Shown piece by piece: positions 13,301-27,458 of a stretch of 64,000 bases of DNA (position 1 is the stretch's first letter; every line of letters starts with the position of its first letter). The notes under the pieces are model-generated. The model searched no databases. It was not told where the DNA came from and worked only from the letters and a program-made list of their open reading frames with translations. The translations under genes and the position numbers were made by a program. The stretch lies in contig NC_042999.1 of the NCBI RefSeq assembly GCF_006345805.1, positions 94,612,001-94,676,000 on the forward strand. The letters are read 5' to 3'. This DNA is from Octopus sinensis (Eukaryota).

Positions 13301-14830
13301 TAAACTAATACATATGTTTGTTGCTTACACACCCGTCTTCGTTTCTTGTTTTTTTTGTAAATTCTCACTACATATATATATATTTATATATATGTGTGTG
13401 TGTGTGTGTAGTGAGAATTTACAAAAAAAAAACAAGAAACGAAGACGGGTGTGTAAGCAACAAACATATGTATTAGTTTAACGCTGGGAAGTGAGAAAGT
13501 CTTTTACGTTTCGAGCCTACGGTCTTCGACGGAAAGGAACAGTGAAATAAACAGGGAGGAAAAGCAGAAAAATGTTTAGTGCCTAGCGATGTATCATGGA
13601 TGGTGGGGTTGGAATGTGTGGGGTGGGTAACGAGGGAGGGTGAAGATGAAGAGAGACGGTGGAATGGAGAAGATGGGTAGGAGTGAAGAAAGGGAGTAGG
13701 TGCCAAAGCAAGAGAGAAGAGGTGAGTGGGATGAAGTAGGTGTGAGAGGAAGAGGAAAGAGGAGGAGGGTTAGAGGAAGAGGGGAGGAGATTTGAGCCCA
13801 TGTGACACAAAGGATCGAAGAGAGAAGATTAATTCCTACTTGCACCGAAGATGGGAGTCCGGATGGTCTCTGTGCAAGGACAATCGGAACATAGACAGGT
13901 GTTGCAGAGAGTGACTGGTAAATCGGAAATGGCGTGAGACCGAGGTGCTGTTGCCGAGTCTGATGTCTCGGAGGTGAATCGGTCAGCCAAGCGTTGTGCC
14001 GTTTGACCGATGTATAGAGGACAGAAAAGGCAGGAGATGCAGTAGATGACATTGCTAGAAGTGCAGGTGAAAGAGTCAGTGATATTATAGGGTGACGATG
14101 AGTGCCTGTGAGGATAGTGGTGTTGGAGAGGTGAGGGCAAGTGCGGCAGCGTGGGCGGGAGCAGGAGAACGAGTCGAGTTAGGAAGTTGTGTTACGGAAG
14201 AAGCTGTAGACCAAGAGGTCTCGTAGGTTGTGGGCTTGTTTGAAGGATGGGAGGGGTCGGTTAGGGAAGATGTGTGAAGTGGAGAGGTTGGACTGGAGTC
14301 GCTGGAAGGCTCGGAAAATGGTGCGTAGGAGAGGTAGGGGGTGGGGTGGTAGGTGAGGGGAAACAGGAGACGGGGGAGGAGATGAGGTCATGGATAGCGG
14401 AGGACACAGTCTGTTGGTAGCTGGGTTTGGGACTGGAGGGCAGAGGGCAGTAGAGGGAGGTGTCTCCATGGTGGCGGAGAGCTTCCGCCTTGTAGAGGTC
14501 CGCGTGCCACACCACCACGGCTCCACCCTTGTCAGCCGGTTTTATGATGATGTCCTTGCGGCGTAGAAGACATCGAAGGGCCGAGAGTTCGGCTGGGGAG
14601 TTTTCAGATATAAGGGACGCTTGGGAAAGTCAAACCGGTCAACAGCACGCTGACAGGCGCACGCGTAAAGATCGACTGCTTGGAATTGGCCAGGAGCTGA
14701 CATCCACTGTGATGGTCGGCGGCCCAGGTCGGTGAAGCAGTCCTTCTTATTAGATGCAAATGGAGTGTCGTGGAAAAGCGCACACAACCTAACGAGGCGC
14801 TCAAAGCTGTGAATATCGACACGAGTCCGG
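13301..14830 (-). mobile_element. Penelope-like element with internal deletion of the RT core; GIY-YIG endonuclease remnant; terminal pLTR plus inverted partial pLTR
   Basis: IKPADKGGAVVVWHADLYKAEALR (~14480-14550); FQRLQSNLSTSHIFPNRPLPSFKQAHNLRDLLV; SSNVIYCISCLFCPLYIGQTAQRLADRF (GIY-YIG, ~13975-14060). Inverted repeat 13301-13371 vs 13409-13480. Confidence 0.9.
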
Positions 14831-15218
14831 AATTCATTGCTGGATGGAGTGAGGGGGATGATGCGCAGACCCCTACTGAAGAGGTAGAGCTCCGCCTCAG
14901 AAAGGAGATGTGGAGGAATGGTAAAAACAGACTGAAGAGAAGGGATGGATGGGACAGAAGTAGAAGGGGTGGTGGAGTGATCGATGGCTGGGAGGAAGGG
15001 GATGAGGGGTATGTGTGTGGGTTGGGAGGGATGATGGGGGAGCGTATAGGGGGGAGTTGGAGTAGTGGTGTCGAGTATGATGGAATTGAGGAGTGAGTGA
15101 AGTTTGTTGTTTGGTGTGAGTGAGAAATTAATGAAAGAGATGATTTAAATGAATTATATAACGTAGAGAGAGGGTGGAGAGAGTCAGACAGACAGAGACA
15201 GACAGACAGACTGATAAA

Positions 15219-15255
<37 letters not shown>

Positions 15256-15593
15256 TGATCTTCCACTCACTGCCTTTGTCTGACAGTCCTTAACTTTTAA
15301 GCTTGTTTATGTTTTCGTTCATAGCATAAGTTAAAATAGTTTACACTTCCTTCAGCGCTTTTTATATACATGAATAATTCCACCAATACAACAGAATGAC
15401 AGTAGCCAAATATAATTCCAATATCACTTTAATACAGTCCTGTTGATTGAATAACAAAATTACGTAATTGCATAAACAGCGCACTTCCAAAATTGTTTTC
15501 AGTTTTCTCTTGCTCTCCCCATTCTCAAATCGTTGCCTAACGTCTTCTCATTTTCTTTTTGGTCTTTCTACACCCAGTTTTCCTTCTACTTTT

Positions 15594-15637
15594 CCTTCTT
15601 CTTCTTCTTCTCCTTCTTCTTCTTCTTCTTCTTCTTC

Positions 15638-15682
<45 letters not shown>

Positions 15683-15805
15683 CTTTTCTTCTTTTTCCTC
15701 ATCATCTTTCCTTTCCTCATTATCATTTAATCATGATTATGATCATCATTATCATCATCACCATCATCATCCACATCATCGTCGTCATCATCATCATCAA
15801 AATCA
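15594..15805. repeat. Compound triplet microsatellite (CTT)n(ATT)n(CAT)n
   Basis: Directly visible. Confidence 0.9.
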
Positions 15806-16802
15806 TTATCACTGAACTGCGGTGATTTGGTGCACCGCCTTGACGGATTTTAGTGGAACATGTATGTATATGTGTGAGTGTATGTGTGTGTGAATGCATA
15901 TGTGTATGTGTGTGTGCTTGTGAGTGCGTATATGTGTATGTATATGCATACATTAGAAAAGAAATCCAAAGGCTGCGATATCTACGTTTAAAAGTTTATA
16001 CAGACCATAGGAAACAGAATACTTCAAAATCTGGCTCCGAGACACAATTTTCACATTGATTAAACTTCATATGTATTATATGATGACTATAACTTCATTT
16101 TGCAACCAGATTTGAAGTCTTAAGTATGATTTTCTCAAACGATATTGATAATATCTTATTCTTCATGTAAATTACATTTTCAATAATGAGATATGCAACA
16201 TCGTTTCTGCTGAAAACGAGTATCTGATTGAACATATTTACAGCTTGTCAGCATTAAAGAGAAATGATATGTGAAGATCTCTGCAAAGTTTTGTACACAA
16301 CCAGTTATAATCAACGTGTTATGCATTCATTTTAGTTCTTTGTGACCTGTGAATTTATATCTGACGCAAACCTAATTTAAATTTATATTAAATGTAAAGC
16401 GTCCATACACAATGATGAATGCCTCTATTTACGAATAGAAGAAGAGTGAGTTTTGCTAATAAAAATGCAGCCAATGTCTAATTAATTATTTTATTTGTGT
16501 TATAAATACTCTGATTCACTTCTTTAATTCGTTTCTCGAAAGGTTTATGCTAACAGCAAATTATTAATGCACAAATTTTCATCTGAGTCTGAAACATTTC
16601 TGCTTAAATCACTATAATTGCTTAGCATTTCTAGCATGAACTTAAACAATTATTCTAGCGACGGAATCTGGCATATTTGACAGATATGGTAACAACTTTC
16701 ATTAGAAATGGACGTTTTGATTTCAAATCTCATCCTTAGAAATGGAGATATTTAGTAATAGAATAACAGGAATTAAAACTTACTGCATAGCTACTGTTAA
16801 AA

Positions 16803-17111
16803 GTGAAGGCGCGAGGCTTAGTGGATAAAGAAAGGTATTTGGCTCACGTGAGTTCTATTCCCGGTGGCTTGTGTTCTTCAGCACTTTATTTCACGTTGCT
16901 CCGTACACACAGCTGGTAAAAGTTATTAGTAAGTGTAGTTCAAATGGCCAGCCTTGTCACATTCTCTGTCACACTGAACCTCTCCGAGAACTACGTTAAG
17001 AGTACGCGTGTCGGTGACATGCTCAGCCACTTGCACCTTGATTTCACGAGCAGATTGTTCTGTTGATCAGATCAACTAGAGCCCTCGTCGTCGTAACCGA
17101 CGGAGTTCCAT
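16803..17111 (+). mobile_element. SINE-like interspersed repeat, family C
   Basis: tRNA-like head (ggcgcgaggcttagtgg...gagttctattccc) and 3' end ctcgtcgtcgtaaccgacggagttcca. The family is recognised from memory only. Confidence 0.55.
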
Positions 17112-17570
17112 GCTAAGCTTCATATTTTTTATTTATCTAAGCAAAATTTATGCTATATGCTAACAAAAAATACCTAAATAACATATTTTGTCATTCATAC
17201 AAGTATTAGTGTAAACATCAAAGTGAATGAATTGATTTCAATAATCAATTTGCATCGCAAATTCTGGTTATTGGAGCATTTCTTTATCATTGTTACGGTT
17301 TGCATCTTAAACAAAGCTTCCTTTTAAACAAATACCAAGATCGGGAATATTAAGTAGAACGTAAGTTTTTAGTATATAGTTCGTACTTTTTTTGTCCAGT
17401 ATTATTTTTGATGTAAATGAAGAAAAAATGCTTCAATTCTTCGCAGTTTTAATCTTGCAACACAAATCCCAAAGAAACTTGTTTCTCGCAACGAGACACA
17501 AATCATCTATATCTTTTGGATAGTTGAAAATAGAATATTTGTGATGTTCGTACATTTACCAATATCATAC

Positions 17571-17655
17571 ATATAGCAAGGTTAATTGACTTCAACTTTG
17601 AAGCGAATTCAAGCCGAGGAGTCTCTTCGATGCGTAACTTGATACGGACACCAAA
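17571..17655 (-). pseudogene. Candidate exon FGVRIKLRIEETPRLEFASKLKSINLAI (cadherin linker-like)
   Basis: Bounded by catttcAG and GTatga. One open frame, phase 0 to 1, resembling the V-x-I-x-V-x-D-x-N-D-x-x-P-x-F linker. Confidence 0.5.
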
Positions 17656-20099
17656 CTGAAATGGTGAAATATCAAACATTTAATAAAAGGAATATGATAA
17701 AGACAAAAAGGTACCGTTATCAGCAAAATGAAATTGCTTTCACGTAAAATCGAATTCATGACACCATGTCATATTTTTCTTTGTTTTATGAAAGTGAAGG
17801 AAGAGATCCCGATGTAAAACGATACACAATTTACATAACATGATGTTTAAAACTGAACAAGATTACTATCATCTGAAAACACAGCCTCTTTGACACAGAA
17901 AGATGCTCTTCATAATAGCTAACTTGTCTTTCTGAATCTCTTTTAAGTTCCTATATTTCTGATCTGATACTGGATACGTATGAGCGCTATACAACGCCAC
18001 TGAAATGTTTCATGATACCGCGAAAATATTTCTTACTTTCCCTCAGCCCTTTTAACGATTAATGTTTGATCTGTAGTTTTGAAATAGGGAAATAACGCAA
18101 GTGAAAGTGATGTGCTAATATAATTTACTTTATCAATGCATTTATGTGTATACCCATCTTACTGCAACATTATCTAAAATTCTGAATATATATCTTCGCA
18201 TGCATGCTTGTATTAGTGTGTCTGTGCCTTTGTCTATATGCGTTTGTGTGTGTGTATCTGTCTGTCTATGTGACTGTGTTTGTGTTTGTGTGTGTGTGCG
18301 TCCGTGCGTGTAATTATTTTATGGCTGTCAGCACGCATTTGACTAAAAATTTAACTCTTTTTTTCATGTTTCTCTTCGTTTAAGAAGATAGCCAAGACTC
18401 GGTCTCTCAAAACACTGTAACAATAGAAAATGCAGCGGACAGTTGACTTTCAACTGCTCTCCCTCCCTTATACTATACATTCGATAAAACTGTGATCGAA
18501 GTGGTGTCATTTCATTGCAGTAGAGGAACTAGAAACCCCGACTGTCGCAACAATAAGTTCCTCCGTCTGCTTATGGTTTCAAATCATGACTTTTCACAGT
18601 ATCCGTTATTGTTTACAAAGAAATGTCTCACAACCTTCTGAATCAGTGACTGCCACTTTCAGAACTAAAATTCATCTAGTATATAAAGTTATATATAGAG
18701 AGATTTCGTCTAGTATATAAAATAATGCTGTGCGCGAAATTATATTTATTGTGTGCAGACGATTACTGGAATTGCCTAGTGTCTTTTATTAAATGTATTT
18801 ATTAAATGTTTTACAATATCATTGCCTTCTATTAATGTTACAAACAGGAAATCTAATATTGTTGTAGTGTGCGATGAATTAATTCCAAGAGAAAAAGCCT
18901 ACAGGGGACTTAAAAGACATGTTTATCAGAAATACGTTTCAAGTGAATTCAGCAACCTAAAGTAATGTCTATAATTTCGATTGTTGTACATTGTAGAAAA
19001 ATAGAACAAAACATTAAAAATATTGAAGCTGAGGTGTAGAATCAAGCATAGGATTGGTAAAATATAATTGAAAGTCACAAAAGGATTCGAATTCATTTGA
19101 AAAAGCAAATAAAATAGCGACACTTTTATACTTGTTTTTATACTTGTATAACGCTTTGATAACGATGGTTAGCTTATGACATTGAGATATAAGGACCTTT
19201 TATACATGACATGGTGAGGTATGTTTCTGCAAATATGAGTGAGCAATATTTTAAATGGAATCTTCGTTTTCGTTTTAACATACGGAATGAATGAGATTGC
19301 GAATAATTTCTATTTTTTTTTAAAGAGTACATATTGCATGTGTATGTTTGTGTAAGAGATTAATAAAATATGAGTTGAAAAGGTATGTTCAAATCCCTGC
19401 AAAGGTTTCGTTGAACTGGCTGTTAGATAGAGTTACTTGATCAGACTTGTTTTAATCTCAAACTATAGTCCATCTAAGTTTTCTATCTGAGTTTTTTTTT
19501 TGCAGTAGATTTTAACATATCCTATTAAAACATATCTTACACATTTCTTACGTACATGCACATCTCTTACACGCGTAAACATCCCTTACACACACAGAGG
19601 CGCACTCAAACATGCACACACACACACATACACTGACACACATGCACACTGACGCACATGCACACTGACACACGCAACGTAATACACATACATTTTCACA
19701 CACAACCAGAACTCTGCCTTTTGTTGAATTATACGTTTTCGGTCTGACGCCTGATGACATATTCCATGCATTAAAATTGAGCATATACCACAAAATGCGA
19801 AATATGCTCTCACTGTCTAATCTTCCTCTTCTTTATTTATCTCTCTCTCTCTCACTCTCTCTCTCTCTCTTTCTCCCTCTCTCTCTCACTCGCACACCTT
19901 CTCTGTATGAATATATGTAAGATTGGATAAGATTCAGACAGTAACATCTTGATAATGTGCATTTAAAGTAATATTTAACTTCACTTCAATTAAACATTCA
20001 AATAACTTATTGATAACGTATATTTTGTTGGTAGCTTGCCTCACGTTGTTTTCAAAAGTATGTATAAACATCGTTAGTAGATTTGGGTACTTTTTGAGG

Positions 20100-20420
20100 C
20101 TTCCTTCAGTTTGAGGACATTGCTAAACAGTGCAAGGCCTGCGGGGTACATATATTGAACGGAATGCTAACATCAATATCATAATATTCAAGGATACTGT
20201 ATTCGCTGAATTTGTAGGGGATAAACAGGGTGACAGTTTTATCATGATACTCGAAATTGAAGGTACGGTTTATTTTGTTAATACAGTAATTGACATGTGA
20301 GTTTTAAGAGGTGTTGGAGAATTGAGCATAGTGCCGTTTTTTATAAAAAGATGTACAAGGACCAATGATTCAATATCATATGTTTTGCGATGATACGTCG
20401 CCTAAGTGTACAGACATGAA
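20100..20420 (+). mobile_element. Possible decayed LINE APE-endonuclease fragment
   Basis: KQCKACGVHILNG resembles the C-x3-L-x-I-L-N-G motif of LINE endonucleases. The rest is very degenerate. Confidence 0.3.
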
Positions 20421-20764
20421 TAATAGTTAATTCATAGCACATTGTCAAACGAATCTTATGTTTAAAATTGGACGTGTGAATGTCTGGCATATGTTTAATT
20501 TATTTCATCTTCCACCAAATAGAATTTTTATAAAGTAGCTACTATTTTGCTTTCATTTGTCCATCCACTTCTCTATAAACAGTATCAATATTAAATTCAA
20601 CTACATATTTTATACCCATACATTTCACCATTACGCCGCACATACACATAAACACACAAAAAATCATACAAACGCACAAACACTTACTTAGATACATACT
20701 TTCAAGCACAAGACAAAGATACATACGAATCTAATAAAAGAAATAGGTATACATGTGTGTATAT

Positions 20765-20814
<50 letters not shown>

Positions 20815-20949
20815 CATAACATATACCCATATACTAACAAGAATAAATATGCGTAAAAGGCAAAATATGTGCATATATTAATTTCATTTACTATGTAGAA
20901 CATCTATATTCTATTACCAAGTAATCATAAGGTAAACATTTGGCTGCGA

Positions 20950-21400
20950 GACATCTACAGAAGCCGTCGCTCTCTGACAGGACAGACCGAATTAAATTAT
21001 TGTGTGTTTAACCACAAAATATATTCATTTAAATAATATTACCAAAATCTTACAGTTTTTAAGTGTATTGTAATCAATCTATTCGACAACAGTTCATTTA
21101 TCAAAATCGTAATTCAATCTTAGTACCTTTCCAATATATAATCTTTCAATATATTCATCATGAATCAAAACTGCTACTTCATGTTTGAAACCTTCAAGAC
21201 AGTTGTAATTTAGAATGTAAAATCTCCCCTTCACGATCTCATTTATAATTTTAGCCTTTCAGTTCCTTCTTTTTGCAGTTTTTTTTAACTCTTCTTTCAA
21301 AATAATACATTTCATTCTGCCAAACTAATCTCTTCGCTAGACCACTTAATGTCACTCATAGACTGGCGCTCAAAATGAACTTCGAAGTTGTTAGAAAATG
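20950..21400 (-). mobile_element. Decayed RTE-like APE endonuclease fragment
   Basis: GFKHEVAVLIHDEYI and NRLITIHLKT resemble RTE endonuclease segments. Many stops. Confidence 0.45.
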
Positions 21401-21907
21401 TAACTTAATTGTTACCAAGAAATTATGGGTTACGATTGAACGTTGCAGAGTTCTATATTTTGGTAAAATGTAGAAATAGTTTTGTAATGATGGTGTCTTA
21501 TTGAAGAAGCTTTATTTAATCGCTGAGTTATTGAAGAGATACGGCTTCAAATTAAGTAATGAAATGTTTTCTGTTCAATTTCCCGAAAGAAAGAGCTTCC
21601 ACATTGGAACTCAAGACTATTCCACAAGAAATGCTATTATAATATAATCAAACAGAAAATACTAAGGATACGAAAAATGACTGGGGCTGAGTTTCTAAAC
21701 TTATTATATCCATTTATAAGGCATGCAACTGAGAATGTTGATAAATACATAATTATGATTATTATATGAATAATGACTAAAATCTAAAAACAATTATCGT
21801 TAGCATTATGCATGAATGCAGTAAATACATTTGGTTTGATTTGAATAGGAATGATTGCAGTCTCAAGTACAACTAACAACAACAATAACAAAAACAACAA
21901 CAACAAC

Positions 21908-22225
21908 AAATTTCGAACCTGGGTTCTCATTCCTAAGGTATTTTTCGATGTTATTATTATTATCATTATTTTTCAGGCCACTACTTGAAATCGAACTTGG
22001 AATCTTGGGGCTAGTAGTCCACACTTTTAACCCTAAGATTCCGAGTTCGATTCCAGGTAGTGACCTGAATAATAATAATAATAATGGTAATAACATCGAA
22101 AAATACCTTAGGAATGAGAACCCAGGTTCGAAATTTCCCCAAGACACCTGAAGAAGGATGAGGACAAATATCCGTCGAATGTAAATAATATACATAATTC
22201 CTCATCTCTTAAATATAGAACTGTA
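21908..22225 (+). mobile_element. Palindromic repeat with a tRNA T-arm-like core and a pLTR-like tail
   Basis: Inverted arms span 21908-22136. gagttcgattcc lies at 22043-22054 and ctgaagaagg at 22148 in the unique tail. Confidence 0.65.
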
Positions 22226-22289
22226 CAATACTCTTAACTGTAATGTAAATGAACTAACCAAAATAGACAGAAAAGCAAGAAATTAATTA

Positions 22290-24910
22290 CGAGATTTAGG
22301 ATGCACCACACAAAATCTGACATAGAAAGGTTGTATACACAACGTATCGAAAGTGGTACCGACCTTATACAGCTAGAAAACTATTATAAAATAATCACCA
22401 TCGGCTTACAGAAATGCCTACTTCAGAAACAAGGAAAACATACAATTAACCACAAAACACGGGTAAAACAAAAAACTTTTTTCTATCTTTAAGGTCATAA
22501 AACTAACTTGAGACAACATAATTCGATCCTTGAGGGATACAAATAATGGAAAAAGAACTGTGAGAGGAAGTCACTAAAGAGTACAAAAGCAGAATTGGGA
22601 AGGTACTTGAAACAAATTTAAGTGGAGGGAACATTATCAAAGCCATAAATTCATGTGCTATGACAGTATTGAGATACTCTGCTGCCTTTCTGAAATGGAC
22701 GACGATCGATCTGCAGAACTTAGACAGAACAATCAGAAAACTGCTAACAATGCACAACATAATCCAAATTTATAGTGACCAACTCTATATCATGAAGGGA
22801 AGGTGGTAGAGGATTATTAAACGTGGAAGTCACGATTAGTACTGCAATAATGGGGTTGAAAAATATGTTGTAAAGAGTAAAGAAAAGATACTTTCGGCAG
22901 CCAGTGATAGCTGCTCTCAGTAATACAATACTGGAAGTTACTCATCTTAAAGAGAAGAGATGATTACTATTATTGAAGTCATGCAACAGAGGTAAACTGG
23001 AATCAGAGTTTGGGAAAGAGAACGAAGTTATTCTGAGACTTCAAACTAAAGACATCACAATGTTGAATTATTTGATGTAATCTTTTGTCTGTGCTACAAC
23101 AGAATGAACGGGGATGTTGAAGTAAAGGGGAAATGAACAACTATTCTGCAAAAAGAGAATCAAAGGAAGCACTGATAAATGGAGAAAGGATTCTATTAAA
23201 ATCTTGAAAGACGAAGAAATATGTGATTGACACAAAGTGAACAGAACCACATGAATAAGAGATACTAACTGGAAATTTTAATGTCTCAGACATGTTAAGA
23301 TAAAAGATCAAAGTAGTGAAGGAGAATTAAGTTCAAACGATATTTTGTTTAAGTGGGTACAGTAGAAACAAAACCTTTTAAACTAACATAAACGGAAAGA
23401 TTGGGTATGCTGATGAAACAAAGACGAAAAAAAGGGGGCAAAGACAGAGTTACCTAATCCCAGAGAAGCAACTTGTTTGTAGAGCGAGATCCGGTCGGAG
23501 AAAATCAAACAGAACGAGAGAGCTACTTTGCTTGAGGAAGTAGAACAGGAATTTAGTAACACGAGAGTTACAACTCTGCCTGGACTTCTTAAGCGATATT
23601 TCAGGCAGAGTACAAAACACTGGCTAAGTTGTATTCTAAGCTACAAGAGTTCCTGTACGACTGAGTGTGCCAAGAATGTGTATTGGGATGGGTGGTCAGA
23701 GGCAGAACAGTAATGATCTAGAAATATCCAGCTAAGGGAGCCGAAACTAATAACTACCACCCGATCGGTTGCTTTCCTATCATATGAAAACTGGAATAAT
23801 GAGAGGAAACCTGTATGAAAACCTTGAAAGAAATGAACTAACTGATAAACGTAAGATATACAGAAATTATTCACAGGGAACAAAGGATTAGTTGCTTATC
23901 AGTAAGGAAAGAACTGCCGGAGAATGTTATCAACTTTTCAATGACTTGATTACAGAAATGCATAAAACATGGTATTTAACTCACAAGTACTGACATGCCT
24001 GGAGATAGATGGGTCAGCTAAGAATATATCTTCATTCCGCAAAAGTATCAGGAACTTTGCCAGTTTTGACAGCAGGAGAAAATGTTCTTGGAAAGGCCAC
24101 AAGAATTCTGGATTTGAAGAAGTGGGCTAGTGACAGCATACAGACCATGAGACCGATTAACCAATTACTATTTATGGATAATCTGAAGCTTTTAAGTTTA
24201 GCGGAGATCAAGTTGAAACACTTGTTCAAGTTACTCGAATTTTCTCAGAAGGCATCCAGTTATCCTTTGGTATCGATAATTGCGCAATACTTGAAGGAGA
24301 GGAGGAAAATAAACAACAACAGAATAGAACTTCCGGACGAAAATCATTTTAGAAAAGTGGACAGAGAATGATAATATACTTCGTTAATTTAAAGTTAGAG
24401 GTGACGATGGAGAATAATATGTTGAATCAAATCAGTGTAATAAAAGTGCATGGAAATACTAAAATACCGCCCTTTTTCTGCCTGTGCTCGTGTGTGTGTA
24501 AGTGCGTGTGTGTGCGTGCGGGTGTATGTGAGAACAATAAAACATTATTATGAAACTTACTAAAATGCAACTATAGAAAATATTTCTATGAAATCTAGTC
24601 GACAGAAAAAGATGTTTAAAATTCAAAAGCTGAAGAGATATTTCTGAAATATACGAATAAATAATGAGAAAAATAACTTCGTGACTGAAACATCCGCAAG
24701 TCCATTCAAAAACGGTATGTGCAAGAATTAAAGCCAACAACGGCTCATATGTGGCTAGTTAAACTCAGAAACAGAAAGTCTGATTTTTACTGCAGAGGAC
24801 CAATAATTAGACACAAAAGACTACAAAAGTAAAATAATGAAAGAAAGATAACATCAAGTGCAAACAATTCCGCTTGCACAATAAGACGACGGAGTACATT
24901 GTTACCAAGA
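22290..24910 (+). mobile_element. Mosaic of decayed RLE-type LINE fragments in non-colinear order
   Basis: HHTKSDIERLY..LIQLE (22300-22420); KEYKSRI..GGNIIKAINSCA..LDRTIRKLLTMH..GGRGLLNVE (22570-22830); INQLLFMDNLKLL (RT, ~24155-24195); zinc-knuckle remnant (24750-24910); one inverted piece near 23060-23110. Confidence 0.8.
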
Positions 24911-24954
24911 TACATTTTGTGATGCAATATCAGTGTCCACATTTAAGTTGCCAA

Positions 24955-25152
24955 AATCGTTACCGTGCCGGGCAGAATGCTTAGCGGTATTTCATCCGTC
25001 TTTATGTTCCAAGTTCAAATTCTGCCGCGATTGACTTTGCCTTTCATCCTTTCAGGGTGTTTAAAATAAATACCAATTCGGCACTGATATCAATTTAATC
25101 GGATTATCCCGTCTTTGAATCTTGCTGACTTTGTGCCAAATTTTGAGACCAA
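24955..25152 (+). mobile_element. tRNA-derived SINE, family B
   Basis: aagttcaaattctgccgcgattgactttgcctttcatcctttcagg core. Confidence 0.75.
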
Positions 25153-26384
25153 TATTAATGCCTAAAAATGAATATATAGTCCAAATATGATTCACTTTCG
25201 TAGATCGAGCTAATTTCTTCCCAAATAAATGCATTTAATAAATGTTCCTGTTAGCAACATAGATTCCTTATTTGTGTTGGGAAAAAAAAGTAAAGTGGAT
25301 TGAAATACTCAAATAGACACGGAATCAATTTGCATATTTGAGTTCAACATGAGGCAATAATGAACAGGTTTTTCAGCCTGTGTTGTACCATTTCTTTTAC
25401 ATTTTGTCACGTTTACTGCCATGTCGTGTAGTAAAGAAAATTGCATTTATATAATTATAGCAATACTAACGATTATTTAAAGCAAAATCTAAACACTGAT
25501 CTTAACAAATTAGAAGCACTGGGATACTGAAGACTGTCTTGTGATATACGAAATCAGAATAGAAAATGAAGTCACGAATGAACATCACTTTTTCTGTACC
25601 ATATGCCTCTTTCACCTACCATAATACTGGCAATAATAATAATAATGTGATCATATACAGCAATCGAGGATATGCTAAAGAAATGATAAACAGTCATCTT
25701 CGAATAATACAAACATGACGTCAGCGTAATACAAGAAGAGTTTCCGAACAACATATTATTTTCTAGTTATGAAAGATATCTGTCTCATCGATTGCTTACA
25801 TAGACAGAAATACTAAATATCCACCTGACATACGTAGTCACGTTAAATGTACGTTTTTAGTAAGCACGCATCAAAAGCAATATCTGAAAAAGATTAACTC
25901 ACAATTTTATAGATCATGCTTTTACCCAAAATATCATTGTAAGGTATTACATTTGCTGACTATAAGACACACGAAGCTGCCTTGTATGACCCGTTAGAAT
26001 TAGCCGTGTATATTTCATTATAATCACATCTTACTGTTCTACAAGATGGTAGGAAACTTCTGACAAATAACTTTCAGAACAGACAAGATGGTACCATTGA
26101 TTATATATCTACACAGTCAGACTTAAAACCACAAAATATCAACAAAAACCACCATTATCAAAAATATCTTTCGAAACAATAGAAATAAGAAATCTTGAAA
26201 TTATATTGGTGCTACAAACAAAAGAATAGAAGGGAAAGTAGGGAAAGCAACATCGAATAGACAAATTTATTAGAGCTCGATATTGTTTTATTTATATGGC
26301 ATTATAAAATGATATCCGCACCTACAACTTTCCTTCGCCATTAAATAACAAAAAAAAAATTATAGAATTGCTATATTAAAACAC

Positions 26385-26617
26385 GCTGCTTTCCAAACAC
26401 ATGGTTCCATGTTCATTTCCACTGCATAGCATTTTATGCATGTGTCTTCTTGGGCCGACCAAAGCCTTGTGAGTAAGCTTTGTAGACCGAAACGGAAAGA
26501 AGTCCGTAGTGTATATATATATTTATAAATACGTATATGATAACAATAATCCTTGGATGGAATATATAAACATCTAATATATATATATATATGTGCGTGT
26601 GAGTGTGTGTGTGTATG

Positions 26618-26652
<35 letters not shown>

Positions 26653-26875
26653 AGAAGAGAGGGATTTCTGAGCTTGTGTGTCATTGTGTTCGTGGTGTGT
26701 GTGTGTCCCACCAATGCACGACAACCGGTATTGTTGTATTTACAGCCCCGGCCCATAACTTAGAGGTTCGGCAAAGAGACGGAGAGAAAAAGGAGACTTT
26801 ATAAGAAAAAAGTATGGTGGTCGAGTCATTCGACTAAAATACGTCAAACCGCGCAGTTTAATGACTGAAGGAAGT
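26385..26875 (+). mobile_element. tRNA-derived SINE, family A (diverged, expanded internal microsatellite)
   Basis: gggccgaccaaagccttgtgagt...gaaagaag.ccgt core, an internal TA/TG array, then ggttcggcaaagagac. Confidence 0.75.
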
Positions 26876-27265
26876 GAAAGGTAAAATATAACTTAAAATG
26901 AGTAATCTTGCTACACACAGGTAGAGAGAGAGAGTATTTTAGCTGATATGTCTAACAATGTAGGTGTTTCTAACAACCTCGTCATATTTATGACAATTAT
27001 AGTTTTTTTCTTGGGTAAAACATTGCACGCCGTTGTGTATATTAATTGTCTGTATACACACTAGCGATTCGCTAAACCATCTATAAATGTCTTATGGTGA
27101 AAACACTTGTACTGACAGAGATTTCAGTCCGAAATCAGCTGAAGTCAAGCAGTCCTCACTGATTAGGCAACGGAAATTGCCAAAAGTGAAATATCAGTAT
27201 AGGAAATTCCTGATCGGTGTTATGTGTGTGCGTGTGTGTGTGTGTGTGTGGTGTGTGTGTGTGTG

Positions 27266-27394
<129 letters not shown>

Positions 27395-27425
27395 TATATT
27401 ATATATAATATATATATATATATAT

Positions 27426-27458
<33 letters not shown>

